Part shown: positions 18,737-27,927 of the stretch, in pieces
Numbering within the stretch: the stretch's first letter is position 1
How the letters are laid out: every line of letters begins with the position of its first letter
Assembly (NCBI GenBank): GCA_963732175.1
Contig: CAVSYF010000002.1
Location: forward strand, 136,564-200,563
Reading direction: 5' to 3'
DNA: 64,000 nucleotides
From: Bryobacterales bacterium
Lineage (GTDB): Bacteria > Acidobacteriota > Terriglobia > Bryobacterales > Bryobacteraceae
Position numbers and translations under genes: made by a program
The notes under the pieces: generated by a model
Database searches by the model: none
Told to the model about the DNA's origin: nothing
The model's input: only the letters and a program-made list of their open reading frames with translations

Positions 18737-19797
18737 CTAGCGGTGCAACTTGCGCCACTCCGCCGCGAGCGCTTGCGCTTTGGCCGTTTCAACCGGACTC
18801 AGCTCGCCGCCGACGTTGTTGCGCGATATGCAGCTTGCATCACCTTTAATCTTCAGCCGTGATCGCATCGGCGCAGGCAATGGTGTACCACTCGTAAGCT
18901 TGCACTTTATCCTGATCAACGCCCGAGCCATTGTAGTAGATATCGCCCAGCACGCTCGCAAAATTAGTGGATGCGGCGCGGCCTCTGCGGATCGATGCAA
19001 CGGCGTTGGACGCGAATTCGTACCATAGGATGGCTTCGTGCGGATTCTGAGGCGCCAGCTGCCCCTTCTGATAAATGCCGGCGATCGCGCCCATGGCATC
19101 CGGGTCTCCCAGGCTGGCCGACTTGCCATACCAGTACAGAGCTTTCATGGGATCGGCCAGAGCGTCGGAGACCGTTGCATCCGGCTGCCGCGCATTCCCT
19201 GCCGTAGATGGCGCCGAGGCTATTCATGGCCTCGGTGTCGCCTTGGTTGGCCGCCTGCTCAAACCAGAAGACCGCCATTTGAAGCTCGTGTTGTTGGTCT
19301 CGCGCTTCGGTTCCCAGCCATTTTTGCGCCGCGGAGTTGCCGCGCGCGGCGAGCTGCTTGATCTGTTCCTGGCAACGCGCGGCTGTCGTGTCCGCTTTGC
19401 CGCAGACTCGCGCCCGGACCGCTAAGAACTGGAGCCGGTCTCGATTCAACTTCGTTTCCTGCTCTTTTCTCGGATCTCTGGGACGTCGCACCGGCTGCCG
19501 GGCGGGCGAGATTTTGACCGGCGCCTTGGCCGGAGCGGGAACAACTTTTTCCGCGCTGGAGTTCTTGGAGCTTGGCGCGATTCCGCTCAGCTGACGGCCA
19601 AACTCATCGAATCGCCGCATGGTTTGCTCGAATGTGGAGGAGGCAACTTCTTTGAGATCGCCGATTTGGCGATTGATCGAGCCGACCTCCCGCGTCAGAT
19701 GCTCGGTTCGAATGAACAGGTAAATCGCCCCCGCCAAAACAACCACCAAAATTGCGCTCACCAGTGAGTTCAGAATGATTGTGAGTCTTTCCGGCAT
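18737..19797 (-). pseudogene. membrane-anchored Sel1-repeat (TPR-like) protein with 2 frame disruptions
   Basis: ORF 18964..19797 gives the TM anchor, linker and first Sel1 unit (AVFWFEQAANQGDTEAMNSLGAIYG). ORF 18846..19148 gives further units (ALYWYGKSASLGDPDAMGAIAGIYQKG, AYEWY). The tail of ORF 18737..19129 gives ...GELSPVETAKAQALAAEWRKLHR. GGAGG lies 8 nt upstream of the ATG at 19797. Confidence 0.75.
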
Positions 19798-19914
19798 ACC
19801 GGTTACCTCCGCGAAATGTGCCCAGATGGGGCCATACTCACGAAGCTAAACGGTTCGGCCGGATCAACGTATAGGGAAGGGAGGACAGTACGTACTGGTT
19901 CCTTTAGGGCGGAA

Positions 19915-20349
19915 TCAGTCCGACTTGTTGGTCTTGCTGGGTTTGGCCTCGTCTTGGTGGGCGGAGGCGTCGTGCCCGAAATGGCAGGTGGGGCCATCGT
20001 CGCACTTGCAATCGTGCATCTTGCAGATCATCGAGCAATGCTCGCCCATTTCGCTGCCATCGTCCTTGACCGGCTCGCCGTTCGCATCGTGGTTGTCGTA
20101 GCGATAGTTGTCCACGATGTCGCAATGGGCCGGCAACGATGCCAGGCATGCATCGAAAGCCTTGCCGCGCTCGGGGTGCTCGCGATCGCAGGTCTCGTAG
20201 CCGGACTGCCGAACGGCCTGGGATTTTCGTATACAGCGGCAGTCATGGGAAGAGCCGAGGCCGCACCACTCGATCTTTTCCTTAGACTGTTGTGCCAGTA
20301 CGAGTACAGCGAATCCAAAAATGAGGAAAATACGTTTCATCAGTTTCAC
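19915..20349 (-). CDS. secreted cysteine/histidine-rich protein (12 Cys), unknown function
   Basis: 144-aa ORF with a signal peptide (MKLMKRIFLIFGFAVLVLAQQ). Cys/His clusters include SSHDCRC, AHCD and EHCSMICKMHDCKCDDGPTCHFGHD. Confidence 0.7.
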   Translation of the reverse strand: MKLMKRIFLIFGFAVLVLAQQSKEKIEWCGLGSSHDCRCIRKSQAVRQSGYETCDREHPERGKAFDACLASLPAHCDIVDNYRYDNHDANGEPVKDDGSEMGEHCSMICKMHDCKCDDGPTCHFGHDASAHQDEAKPSKTNKSD

Positions 20350-20719
20350 TCAGCATTCACTTTTTTGTCCACCAAACCGCTTTCGGCCGGTCCACTCGAG
20401 ACACTCATCGATTGGACTCACGAAGCCTGGAAGGGTTTCCTTCAAACCCATCGCAAGCTTTCTGTTTGGATATTTACGGTGATCCTGAGCGCGGCGCGGC
20501 GCCTAACGTTGATTGGGAGAATCTCTAACTGCGATGTTACAGCAATCCGGTCGCGATGTCATGGAAAAAGCGTCTTCCGCTCCATCGAAATAATTTATTA
20601 GCTCAACAAAGCCTAGTACGGTTGGTCGTGATTAGTCGCCTCGGCCTAAGTGACGATTTTTCGACACCTCAACCCGGGCTGGTTAGTCTAACAAGAACTG
20701 CTCAAGTATCGAAAGCGAA

Positions 20720-22798
20720 TTACTTTACGCCAAGTTCCGACAGCAGCCGGTCTGCTCCGTATATTTTTCTGAGCGCTTCAATGATTCCCGCCGACTGCAC
20801 CGCTACCGCGCGGGCCTGCTTGTCGGAGTAAATGTAGTCGAGCACCAGCGACTGAATATTGCCGTCGAAAATAATGCCCACCAGGTCGCCGGCCCGATTC
20901 ACCACGGGGCTGCCCGAATTGCCGCCAATGATGTCCGCGGTATTTACGAAATCCAGGGGCGTAGAAAGATTGAGCTGCGCCTTGTGGTCCGTCCAGCTTG
21001 TGGGAAGTTGAAAGGGCGGTTCATTGTCGTGATCGCTGGCGTGCATGAACGCGCCGCCGAAAGTGGTGGTCCAGGGAATCTGCTTGCCGTTTTCTTCGTA
21101 GCCTTTCACCTGTCCAAAGGAGAGCCGGAGAGTGAACGTCGCATCCGGATAAATGTTCTTTCCATAGACGGCGAATCGCGCCTGCGCAATTTTGGCGTAA
21201 GCTTGCCGGCGCGGCTCCTGGACTTGGTTGTCGTAAATCATGCGCAGACGGCGCGCTTCGGGATCGACCAGCCGAGCGAGCTGGATCATCGGATCGGTGG
21301 ATGCCTCGATGGCCTTCAGGCCGCCCGCCGCCAGCATCTTCCGCGTAGCGACGTCCCGGAGCTTGGAATCGTGGATCAATTTATAGGCGCGCTCGTCCGG
21401 AGATTGACCTGCCAGCACCTTCCGGACGAGATCATTGTCCTCGCCTTTCACCTCGGCGTACATGCTCAACGAGTCGCCCAGCTTCAGCGCTTCCAGGTCG
21501 TCGTAAATCGGCGCGGTCGAGAATAGCTGTTGCTTCAGTGAATCCAGGTTTGAATCCGAATACTCTCGAAGACGCGCGGCGTTCGGTTTCTGAGCCTCTT
21601 CGGCCATGCGAACCAGCGTGCGAGCCATATCGAAAACCTTGCTGTTGAAAGCATCGCCGCCTTCCAGCAGCGACAGGTCGGTGAAGATTCCCTGGAGAGT
21701 GGTTATCGCTCCGGAGACTTTGTCCCACGCGTCTCCATAAGCGGCGCGCAGCTTCGGATCGCGGTTGACGGCATCCCTGAGCTTCTGCTCCTCCGTGCGC
21801 TTCACGGACATGATTGCGGGATCTTGCAGCCCGGCCTGCATGCCGGTGTATGCTTTGCGGCTATTTTCGATCTCCAGAAGTTCGTCTTGCGCGCGGCGTC
21901 GATTTTCGAGACTCCGCTCGCTAAAAACGCGCAGCAGGACCTCATGCCGTACCAGCATCCCGAATTCCCAGGGATTCGCATGATCGCGCAAAAACTCCAG
22001 ATGCCGCACGGTATCGAGCCGCGAAGTGGACCCGGGATTTCCCGAGACAAAGACCAGTTCGTTATCGGCGGCGCCTTGCCGGTTCCACTTCAAATAGTTG
22101 TCAATATGAACCGGCTTATCTTTTTCATAGACCCGGAAAAACGCGATGTCGAGGTCGTAGCGCGGGTATTCGAAATTGTCAGGATCGCCTCCGAAAAACG
22201 CGGCGGCCTGCTCCGGCGCAAAGACCAGCCGGACATCGGTGTACTTTTTGTAGCGATAGAGATGGTAGGCGCCGCCATTGTAGAGCGTGACGACGTTGCT
22301 TCTCAGCCCGGTCTTGTCGAGCGACTCCTTTTCGATGGTGTTGATGATCGCGCGCCGCGCCTTCTCCGCCGCTTCGGGACTGGCCCCCTGAGGAACAGCG
22401 CTGTTGACGCGCGCGGTCACATCTTCGATGCTCATCAAGACGTCCAATTCGAGATCCGGGCAACGGCCCTCTTCGGCGGGCGTTTTGCTGTAGAACCCGG
22501 TCTTCATGTAATCGTGATCCTTGCTGCCGAGTTTCTGGATGCAATCCGATCCCACATGATGATTGGTCATCACCAGACCGTCCGGCGAAACGAACGATCC
22601 GGAGCCGCCGTTATTGAACCGTACCGACGATTTCTGGAGATGGTCGAGCCAGGCGGCGGTTGCGTCGAAGTTGTACCTGGTTTTCAAAAGCTGCCGGGGA
22701 GGGTCGTTGAAGAGCCACATGCCTTCGTCGGCGAGCGCTTGTGATCCCAGGGCAACCAGGAAGCATGCAATCGAGAGAAGAGTTGTTCGGACCCGCAT
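20720..22798 (-). CDS. S46 family dipeptidyl-peptidase (DPP7/DPP11-like), secreted
   Basis: Intact 692-aa ORF. The signal peptide is followed by DEGMWLFNDPP and the catalytic His region VMTNHHVG. The C-terminal serine motif is GGNSGSPVVN. Confidence 0.9.
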   Translation of the reverse strand: MRVRTTLLSIACFLVALGSQALADEGMWLFNDPPRQLLKTRYNFDATAAWLDHLQKSSVRFNNGGSGSFVSPDGLVMTNHHVGSDCIQKLGSKDHDYMKTGFYSKTPAEEGRCPDLELDVLMSIEDVTARVNSAVPQGASPEAAEKARRAIINTIEKESLDKTGLRSNVVTLYNGGAYHLYRYKKYTDVRLVFAPEQAAAFFGGDPDNFEYPRYDLDIAFFRVYEKDKPVHIDNYLKWNRQGAADNELVFVSGNPGSTSRLDTVRHLEFLRDHANPWEFGMLVRHEVLLRVFSERSLENRRRAQDELLEIENSRKAYTGMQAGLQDPAIMSVKRTEEQKLRDAVNRDPKLRAAYGDAWDKVSGAITTLQGIFTDLSLLEGGDAFNSKVFDMARTLVRMAEEAQKPNAARLREYSDSNLDSLKQQLFSTAPIYDDLEALKLGDSLSMYAEVKGEDNDLVRKVLAGQSPDERAYKLIHDSKLRDVATRKMLAAGGLKAIEASTDPMIQLARLVDPEARRLRMIYDNQVQEPRRQAYAKIAQARFAVYGKNIYPDATFTLRLSFGQVKGYEENGKQIPWTTTFGGAFMHASDHDNEPPFQLPTSWTDHKAQLNLSTPLDFVNTADIIGGNSGSPVVNRAGDLVGIIFDGNIQSLVLDYIYSDKQARAVAVQSAGIIEALRKIYGADRLLSELGVK

Positions 22799-22921
22799 AC
22801 CTCAATGCTACCCGGGGCGCGGCGGCAAAGGTACTAGCTCGAATTCCGGTACCAAACGGAAAATAGTAAGGGATTTTTCCGGAACAACATCGGCACGAGA
22901 TGTGTTACTTTGCAGGTGAGC

Positions 22922-23287
22922 ATGCTGCTCTGGAGCAAACTGACCGTCGCGGTCGCCCTAGTGCTGGTGTTGTCGCAGATCCAGTGCGTGGCTTTGTGTA
23001 CCGAGGAGTGCGTCCCCGGATCACATAGCCAGCAGGATGTTCCGCCCTGTCATCGGCACCAGGGCAATTCGAATGCCCCGAAATCTGCGGTGTGCGTTAA
23101 TCCGGCCGCGGCCGCCGCGTTATTGCCCAGCCATCCGCAAGCTAGTACCGGATTCCAGATAGACTGCAAATGTGCCACCTTGCTCTCGATTAGTTTCGCT
23201 GTGATGGCGTCATTCGAATCGATCGCGATGACAACGGATTCTCCGCCGGGCCAAGCAAGCGCATCCTCGGCCGTTCTCCGAATCTGA
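22922..23287 (+). CDS. small secreted/membrane Cys-His protein (PPCHRH motif), possible metal-binding
   Basis: ATG 22922 lies inside the listed ORF 22910..23287. The product has a hydrophobic N-terminus (LLWSKLTVAVALVLVLSQ), then CVALCTEEC and PPCHRHQG, and a C-terminal ...AVLRI. Confidence 0.55.
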   Translation: MLLWSKLTVAVALVLVLSQIQCVALCTEECVPGSHSQQDVPPCHRHQGNSNAPKSAVCVNPAAAAALLPSHPQASTGFQIDCKCATLLSISFAVMASFESIAMTTDSPPGQASASSAVLRI

Positions 23288-23345
23288 ATTCTTCCTGTTT
23301 CCCTCTTTGCGCGGCGAATTGCCGCTGCTAGCAACAGGAGTTTGC

Positions 23346-24664
23346 ATGTTTTCAGGAATGGTTATCAGGCGAAGGGTCTGGTTAGTCAAAGTATTGATTT
23401 TGGCCGCGCCGATTGGTCCGCTCCTCGCTCAAGAGGAGCACCCGGGGGTATGGGATCAGGCATGGTGGACATGAATCCCGCGGGCGTTTTTCTGATGAAT
23501 CTCGCGACGGGCACTTCCGCGAATCCGGCGTCGTGGCCCATGCCGATGATCATGAAGCATTTCGGAAACTGGAACAGCATGTTCATGGGCAACGGCATTC
23601 TTGGTGGATACCCAGCAGTCAGGGCCGCGCGGCGGCGATAAACTCTATTCGCCGAACTGGTTCATGGCCACGGCCGAACATCGCGTCGGCTCGCGCGGAG
23701 CGTTCGAGACGGAACTCATGCTGAGCCTGGAGCCGGCGACAATTACCGACCGGCGCTATCCGTTGCTTTTCCAGACCGGAGAGACGGCGTACGGTATTCC
23801 GCTGGTGGATGCCCAGCACCCGCACAATTTCATCATGGGCCTGGGATTCCACTACACTAACGCGCTCGGCGAAGACACCATCGCTGGACCTTTATTTCGC
23901 GCCTGTCGGCGACCCGGCGCTGGGACCCGTGGCCTACCCGCATCGTGCCTCGGCGATGGAGTTGCCGCAGGCTCCTTTGTCGCATCATTGGCAGGATTCC
24001 ACGCACATCTCCGACGATGTCCTCACATTCGGAATTTCCCACGAGAAGATGAAACTCGAGGCCAGCGGCTTCCATGGCGCCGAACCGGGCGAGAACCGCT
24101 GGACATCCAGCAACGGCGCGATCGACTCCTGGTTCGACGCGTTTCTGGTTCTTCCCCGCGAAGAATTGGGCGGCGCAGGTTTCGGCCGGCAGGATCACGC
24201 ATCCCGAGGCGCTGGAGCCGGGCGATCAGGTGCGCACCACCGCGTCGTTGCACTATACGAGGCCGATTGGCGGGCGGGAGTTGGTCGTCGAGCCTGATCT
24301 GGGGACGCGTCCACAAGACCGCGAGTCTTCGCAACTTGAATTCTTACCTCGCCGAGTCGGTCCTGCCGATTCGTCAAACTAATTTCGTGACAGGGCGCTT
24401 CGAGTTAGTCGATAAGGATGAGTTGTTCGAGCGACCAGCCCGAGTCTACAAGAGCAAGTCGATGTGCTCTATGGAAGCACATTTCGAATCGGCGCATACA
24501 CGGTCGGCTACACGCGCGACATCAATCTATTTCGGGACGTAGAGACGGGCATCGGAGCAAATTTCACTGCTTATTCGCTGCCGGGCGCGATCAAGCCTTA
24601 TTACGGCGATCATCCGTTCGGCGGTAATGTTTTTTTGCGCTTTAGACTGAAGTCGCCATCATAA
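23346..24664 (+). pseudogene. outer-membrane beta-barrel-like protein of unclassified family (QHPH motif) with 6 frame disruptions
   Basis: A signal peptide (MFSGMVIRRRVWLVKVLILAAPIGPLLAQEEH) starts at ATG 23346. The body is spread over ORFs 23342..23641, 23601..24542, 23809..24297, 24074..24382 and 24464..24664. Conserved-looking blocks are LYSPNWFMATAEHRVG, PLVDAQHPHNFIMGLGFHY and HHWQDSTHISDDV. The barrel-like end reads NVFLRFRLK. Confidence 0.7.
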
Positions 24665-24675
24665 AAAGGAGATCT

Positions 24676-25008
24676 ATGAGTATGAGAAGCTTTCTTTTAA
24701 CTCTGTTATTGGTCATCGAAGCAATAGGCGCGCAGGCCGCGGAAACGTTCACCGGCGTCATTACTGATACGATGTGCGGCGCCAAGCCACACACCATGAT
24801 GAAGGACCACACGCCTCCGGAGTGCGTCAAGATGTGCATAAAAGGGCCATATGTGTATGCGCTCTTTGACGGCACAACGGTCATCAAACTGAGCGATCAG
24901 AAGACCTCGGCCAAGTTCGCTGCGCGAAAGGTGAAGGTTACCGGGACTTACGATGAAAAGAGTAAGTCGATCAAAGTTGCGTCGATTGAACCGGTAGATG
25001 AAAACTAG
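24676..25008 (+). CDS. small secreted Cys-containing protein, unknown function
   Basis: 110-aa ORF with a signal peptide. The mature part reads ETFTGVITDTMCGAKPHTMMKDHTPPECVKMCIKGPYVYALF... It starts 12 nt after the barrel gene stop. Confidence 0.7.
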   Translation: MSMRSFLLTLLLVIEAIGAQAAETFTGVITDTMCGAKPHTMMKDHTPPECVKMCIKGPYVYALFDGTTVIKLSDQKTSAKFAARKVKVTGTYDEKSKSIKVASIEPVDEN

Positions 25009-25019
25009 GCGCGTAGGCT

Positions 25020-27710
25020 TTAGAAATTGAATCCGACGGTCCCGGTGATGGCGCGCGGAGTTACGTAGTGCGTTCCGCTGAAGGTCGAAAGAAAATTGTA
25101 GAGCGCTTCCTTGTTCATCAGATTGACCACCGTGAGGCGGGCAGTCCACTTGTACTTGTCGCCATGGAAAAGATTATCATGTCCGATGCCGATATCGAAC
25201 AGGTTGCGAGGCTGAACGCGCTGCGGATTGTGATCATCATTCTCGGTGCCGGGAGCAGGCACCTTGAGAAAAGTCGAGCCGAGACCCGCCGCGCTGCAGG
25301 TGGCCAGTGCGGGTCCTAGTGGATTGGGAGCGGCCGGTTTGCCGTTGCAAGTCAGACCGGCTTGAAACTCCTGATCGGCCGTGAGCGGCGCACCGGTGAT
25401 CGAATTTACCAGAGCCACTTGCCCGCTGGGGATGTCGGCGCCTCCCCCATTGGCGATGGGAGTCGCCGGGAAACAGGTCGCGGTTGATCCGACGCAGGGA
25501 GTGGCGCCGGCCACTTGTCCGCTATCGAATCTCCAGTTAAACGCGAACCACGGGCCGGTTTTCCAGGGTTGATACTGCAGGTGCGTCGTCTGGTTGAAAA
25601 TCTCGTCATGGTCGATGCGGAAGACGCCGACTGCGGGAGGAACGATCGGCAAGCCCGCGACCTGCGGCAAGAAGAAGCGCGCCGCTACGCTGGACATTAC
25701 TACTTGCGCGGTAAAGCCGTGGTAGTTGGGTACGCTGACGCGCAGGGCGAATCCGGGAATCTTGGAACTCTCCCACTCGATCGGGAAAGTGATGGGCGTT
25801 GCGCCGACCACACCGAAATCGAAGGCATTATGTGTGTACTTCCAGATGTACTCGGCGTCGACCACCAGGTATCGGCCGAAGGCTTGCTCGAGCCCGGCGT
25901 GGAATTCATTGCGCCAGCCCGGGGTAATCGGTCCCAGACCACAGGACACCCCTGGAGGCGGCACCAGCGTGGCCAGGAAAGGAATGCTGCATCCGGTGCT
26001 GGCGATCACCAAGTTTTCATTGAAGGGCGTTTCCAAGGTTCGCGCATAAGAAGTACGAATGACGGTGCCCGTCTTCTTGATGTTGTAGGCAATGCCGAGA
26101 CGCGGTTCAGCCTGGTTGGCTCTTGAGAGCCCGCGGTAAACATCCTCCCGAAGTCCGAGATTGAACGTCCAATTGCCTTTTTTGATGGCGTCCTGGATGT
26201 AAAGAGAAAGCTCCTTCACGTCGGCGTGCCCATGAAACAAGAAGGGACTGCCTCCTTCGGTCAAATCGTACGGCGCCAGGATCGCGCAGGGCGTGTCGGG
26301 CAGGGCCTTGCCGCTGGCGTTCTGGCAACCCAACGACGGGACCAAGTTGGGATCGACAATCCCGAAGCTGTCTCCTTCGGTAACAAAGGTGTGTGCATAC
26401 TCGAGTCCCACTTTTAGATTGTGGGCGCCCTTTATGTAAGACACGTCCGATCGAACGCCGGCGTTCAGAAGCCTGCGGGACTGGCTGACGCTCTCGCTCT
26501 GGAAATCGGGCGAGTAATCGTCAAACGGATTGCCGCTCGGATAGTAGTTGTATTGGTCCAACCGGTAGAACGCGCCGACGGTGAGCACGGCGGCGGGGCT
26601 GAGCAAATGGATCCAGGTCGGCGAAAGGTTGTAAGTCTTGATCTGGGAGCGCTGGTCGGTGGAACCCAGTGGCGCGCCAGTTAGGGGATTGAAGTCACCT
26701 GGATGATATTCCTGATCGAAGGAATTGGGATTCTGAAACCAGGAGCGGGTGAATTGCAGGTTGACGTGCACCGAGTCCGCCGTGGAGTACTGATAATCGA
26801 CCCGGTCGAAGACGTTCTCCTCGTTGCCCTTGGCGTGCATCACCGTAAACTCGGGAGGATCGAGGAAGCGGCCGGTGTCGAGCCCATCCAAGGCGATGAA
26901 GTTCCCCCACTTGTCGCTGCCGTACGCGAGATCGAAGCCGCTGTGAGTGCTGCCAAACGTACCGTAGGAAGTGGTCAGGCTGCCGGTGGGGGTAGTGATG
27001 CCCTGGCCGGACCGCGTGGTCACGTTAATCACCAGGCTGGTCTTATCGCCGTATTCGGCCGGGGGCGCGCCCTCGATCACTTCCATGGACTGCACGGCAT
27101 CGATCGGAATCTGATTGGAGAAGACCTTGCTCTGTTGGTCGGTAATAGGCTGGCCATCGACAGAAAATGAATTCTCGGCGTGATCGCCCAAGCCGTGAAA
27201 GAGGCCATTCGAGTCCGCCGAAACTCCCGGCGCGGAGAGCGTGACCAGGGAACTTAACGAAGACGACGCGCTTTCGTTGGGCAGTTTGTCGAACAGGCCG
27301 CGATCGATGTCGGTGTGAGTGGTAGTGCCGGTTTCAATCAAATCCGGCGCCGCCTCCACGGTGACACTGGATGCCGCCGCGCCGACCTGGAGGCCGAATC
27401 TCATCATCTGGACGGGAACCGAGGACCGCACATCCGCATCTTGCGAGGAAGCGGAAAATCCTGCTGCAGAGGCGGTGACGTGATAGTTGTTGTAAGGTAC
27501 GTTTGCGAACTGAAAGTTGCCCTGGTCGTCGGTCTTGGTCTGCTGGGTATAGTGGGAGACCGGGTTCTGGATTTCGACCGTGGCCCCGGCGATTACCGCT
27601 CCAGAGGGATCGGTGACCGAGCCGCGAATCATCCCGGTGGCTTGTGCATAAATGGAAACGCTAGTGCAGAGTAATAAAGCTAGGCAGACGGGTATTGCTC
27701 TGGTCTTCAA
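25020..27710 (-). CDS. TonB-dependent receptor with N-terminal carboxypeptidase-regulatory-like domain
   Basis: Intact 896-aa ORF with a signal peptide and a CarboxypepD_reg segment (IRGSVTDPSGAVIAGATVEIQN...DDQGNFQF). It also has plug and barrel regions and a terminal ...TVGFNF. Confidence 0.9.
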   Translation of the reverse strand: MKTRAIPVCLALLLCTSVSIYAQATGMIRGSVTDPSGAVIAGATVEIQNPVSHYTQQTKTDDQGNFQFANVPYNNYHVTASAAGFSASSQDADVRSSVPVQMMRFGLQVGAAASSVTVEAAPDLIETGTTTHTDIDRGLFDKLPNESASSSLSSLVTLSAPGVSADSNGLFHGLGDHAENSFSVDGQPITDQQSKVFSNQIPIDAVQSMEVIEGAPPAEYGDKTSLVINVTTRSGQGITTPTGSLTTSYGTFGSTHSGFDLAYGSDKWGNFIALDGLDTGRFLDPPEFTVMHAKGNEENVFDRVDYQYSTADSVHVNLQFTRSWFQNPNSFDQEYHPGDFNPLTGAPLGSTDQRSQIKTYNLSPTWIHLLSPAAVLTVGAFYRLDQYNYYPSGNPFDDYSPDFQSESVSQSRRLLNAGVRSDVSYIKGAHNLKVGLEYAHTFVTEGDSFGIVDPNLVPSLGCQNASGKALPDTPCAILAPYDLTEGGSPFLFHGHADVKELSLYIQDAIKKGNWTFNLGLREDVYRGLSRANQAEPRLGIAYNIKKTGTVIRTSYARTLETPFNENLVIASTGCSIPFLATLVPPPGVSCGLGPITPGWRNEFHAGLEQAFGRYLVVDAEYIWKYTHNAFDFGVVGATPITFPIEWESSKIPGFALRVSVPNYHGFTAQVVMSSVAARFFLPQVAGLPIVPPAVGVFRIDHDEIFNQTTHLQYQPWKTGPWFAFNWRFDSGQVAGATPCVGSTATCFPATPIANGGGADIPSGQVALVNSITGAPLTADQEFQAGLTCNGKPAAPNPLGPALATCSAAGLGSTFLKVPAPGTENDDHNPQRVQPRNLFDIGIGHDNLFHGDKYKWTARLTVVNLMNKEALYNFLSTFSGTHYVTPRAITGTVGFNF

Positions 27711-27927
27711 ATCGACGCCTCTTTCCCCACTCCCATGGTAGCTGCTGCAGCCGGGGCAGCGTGAATCGCGATGGACGGAATCGGTTTGGCCGCAAATGCG
27801 TGTCTACTGTCATGCGAGGTCGCGAAAATTTTGCGGCGAGATCTCAGTGGCTGAATAAAGTATGTAGACGCTCGTTTTAAGTGGAGCGGTTACATGCAAT
27901 CGGAATGGAGAACGACTCGAAGTATGT

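Noticed and set aside
19816-20601. 261-aa + strand ORF spanning the Cys-rich gene and its upstream region
   Set aside because: It is antisense to a signal-peptide-bearing ORF, extends through A/T-rich intergenic DNA and has a hydrophobic, low-complexity translation without motifs.
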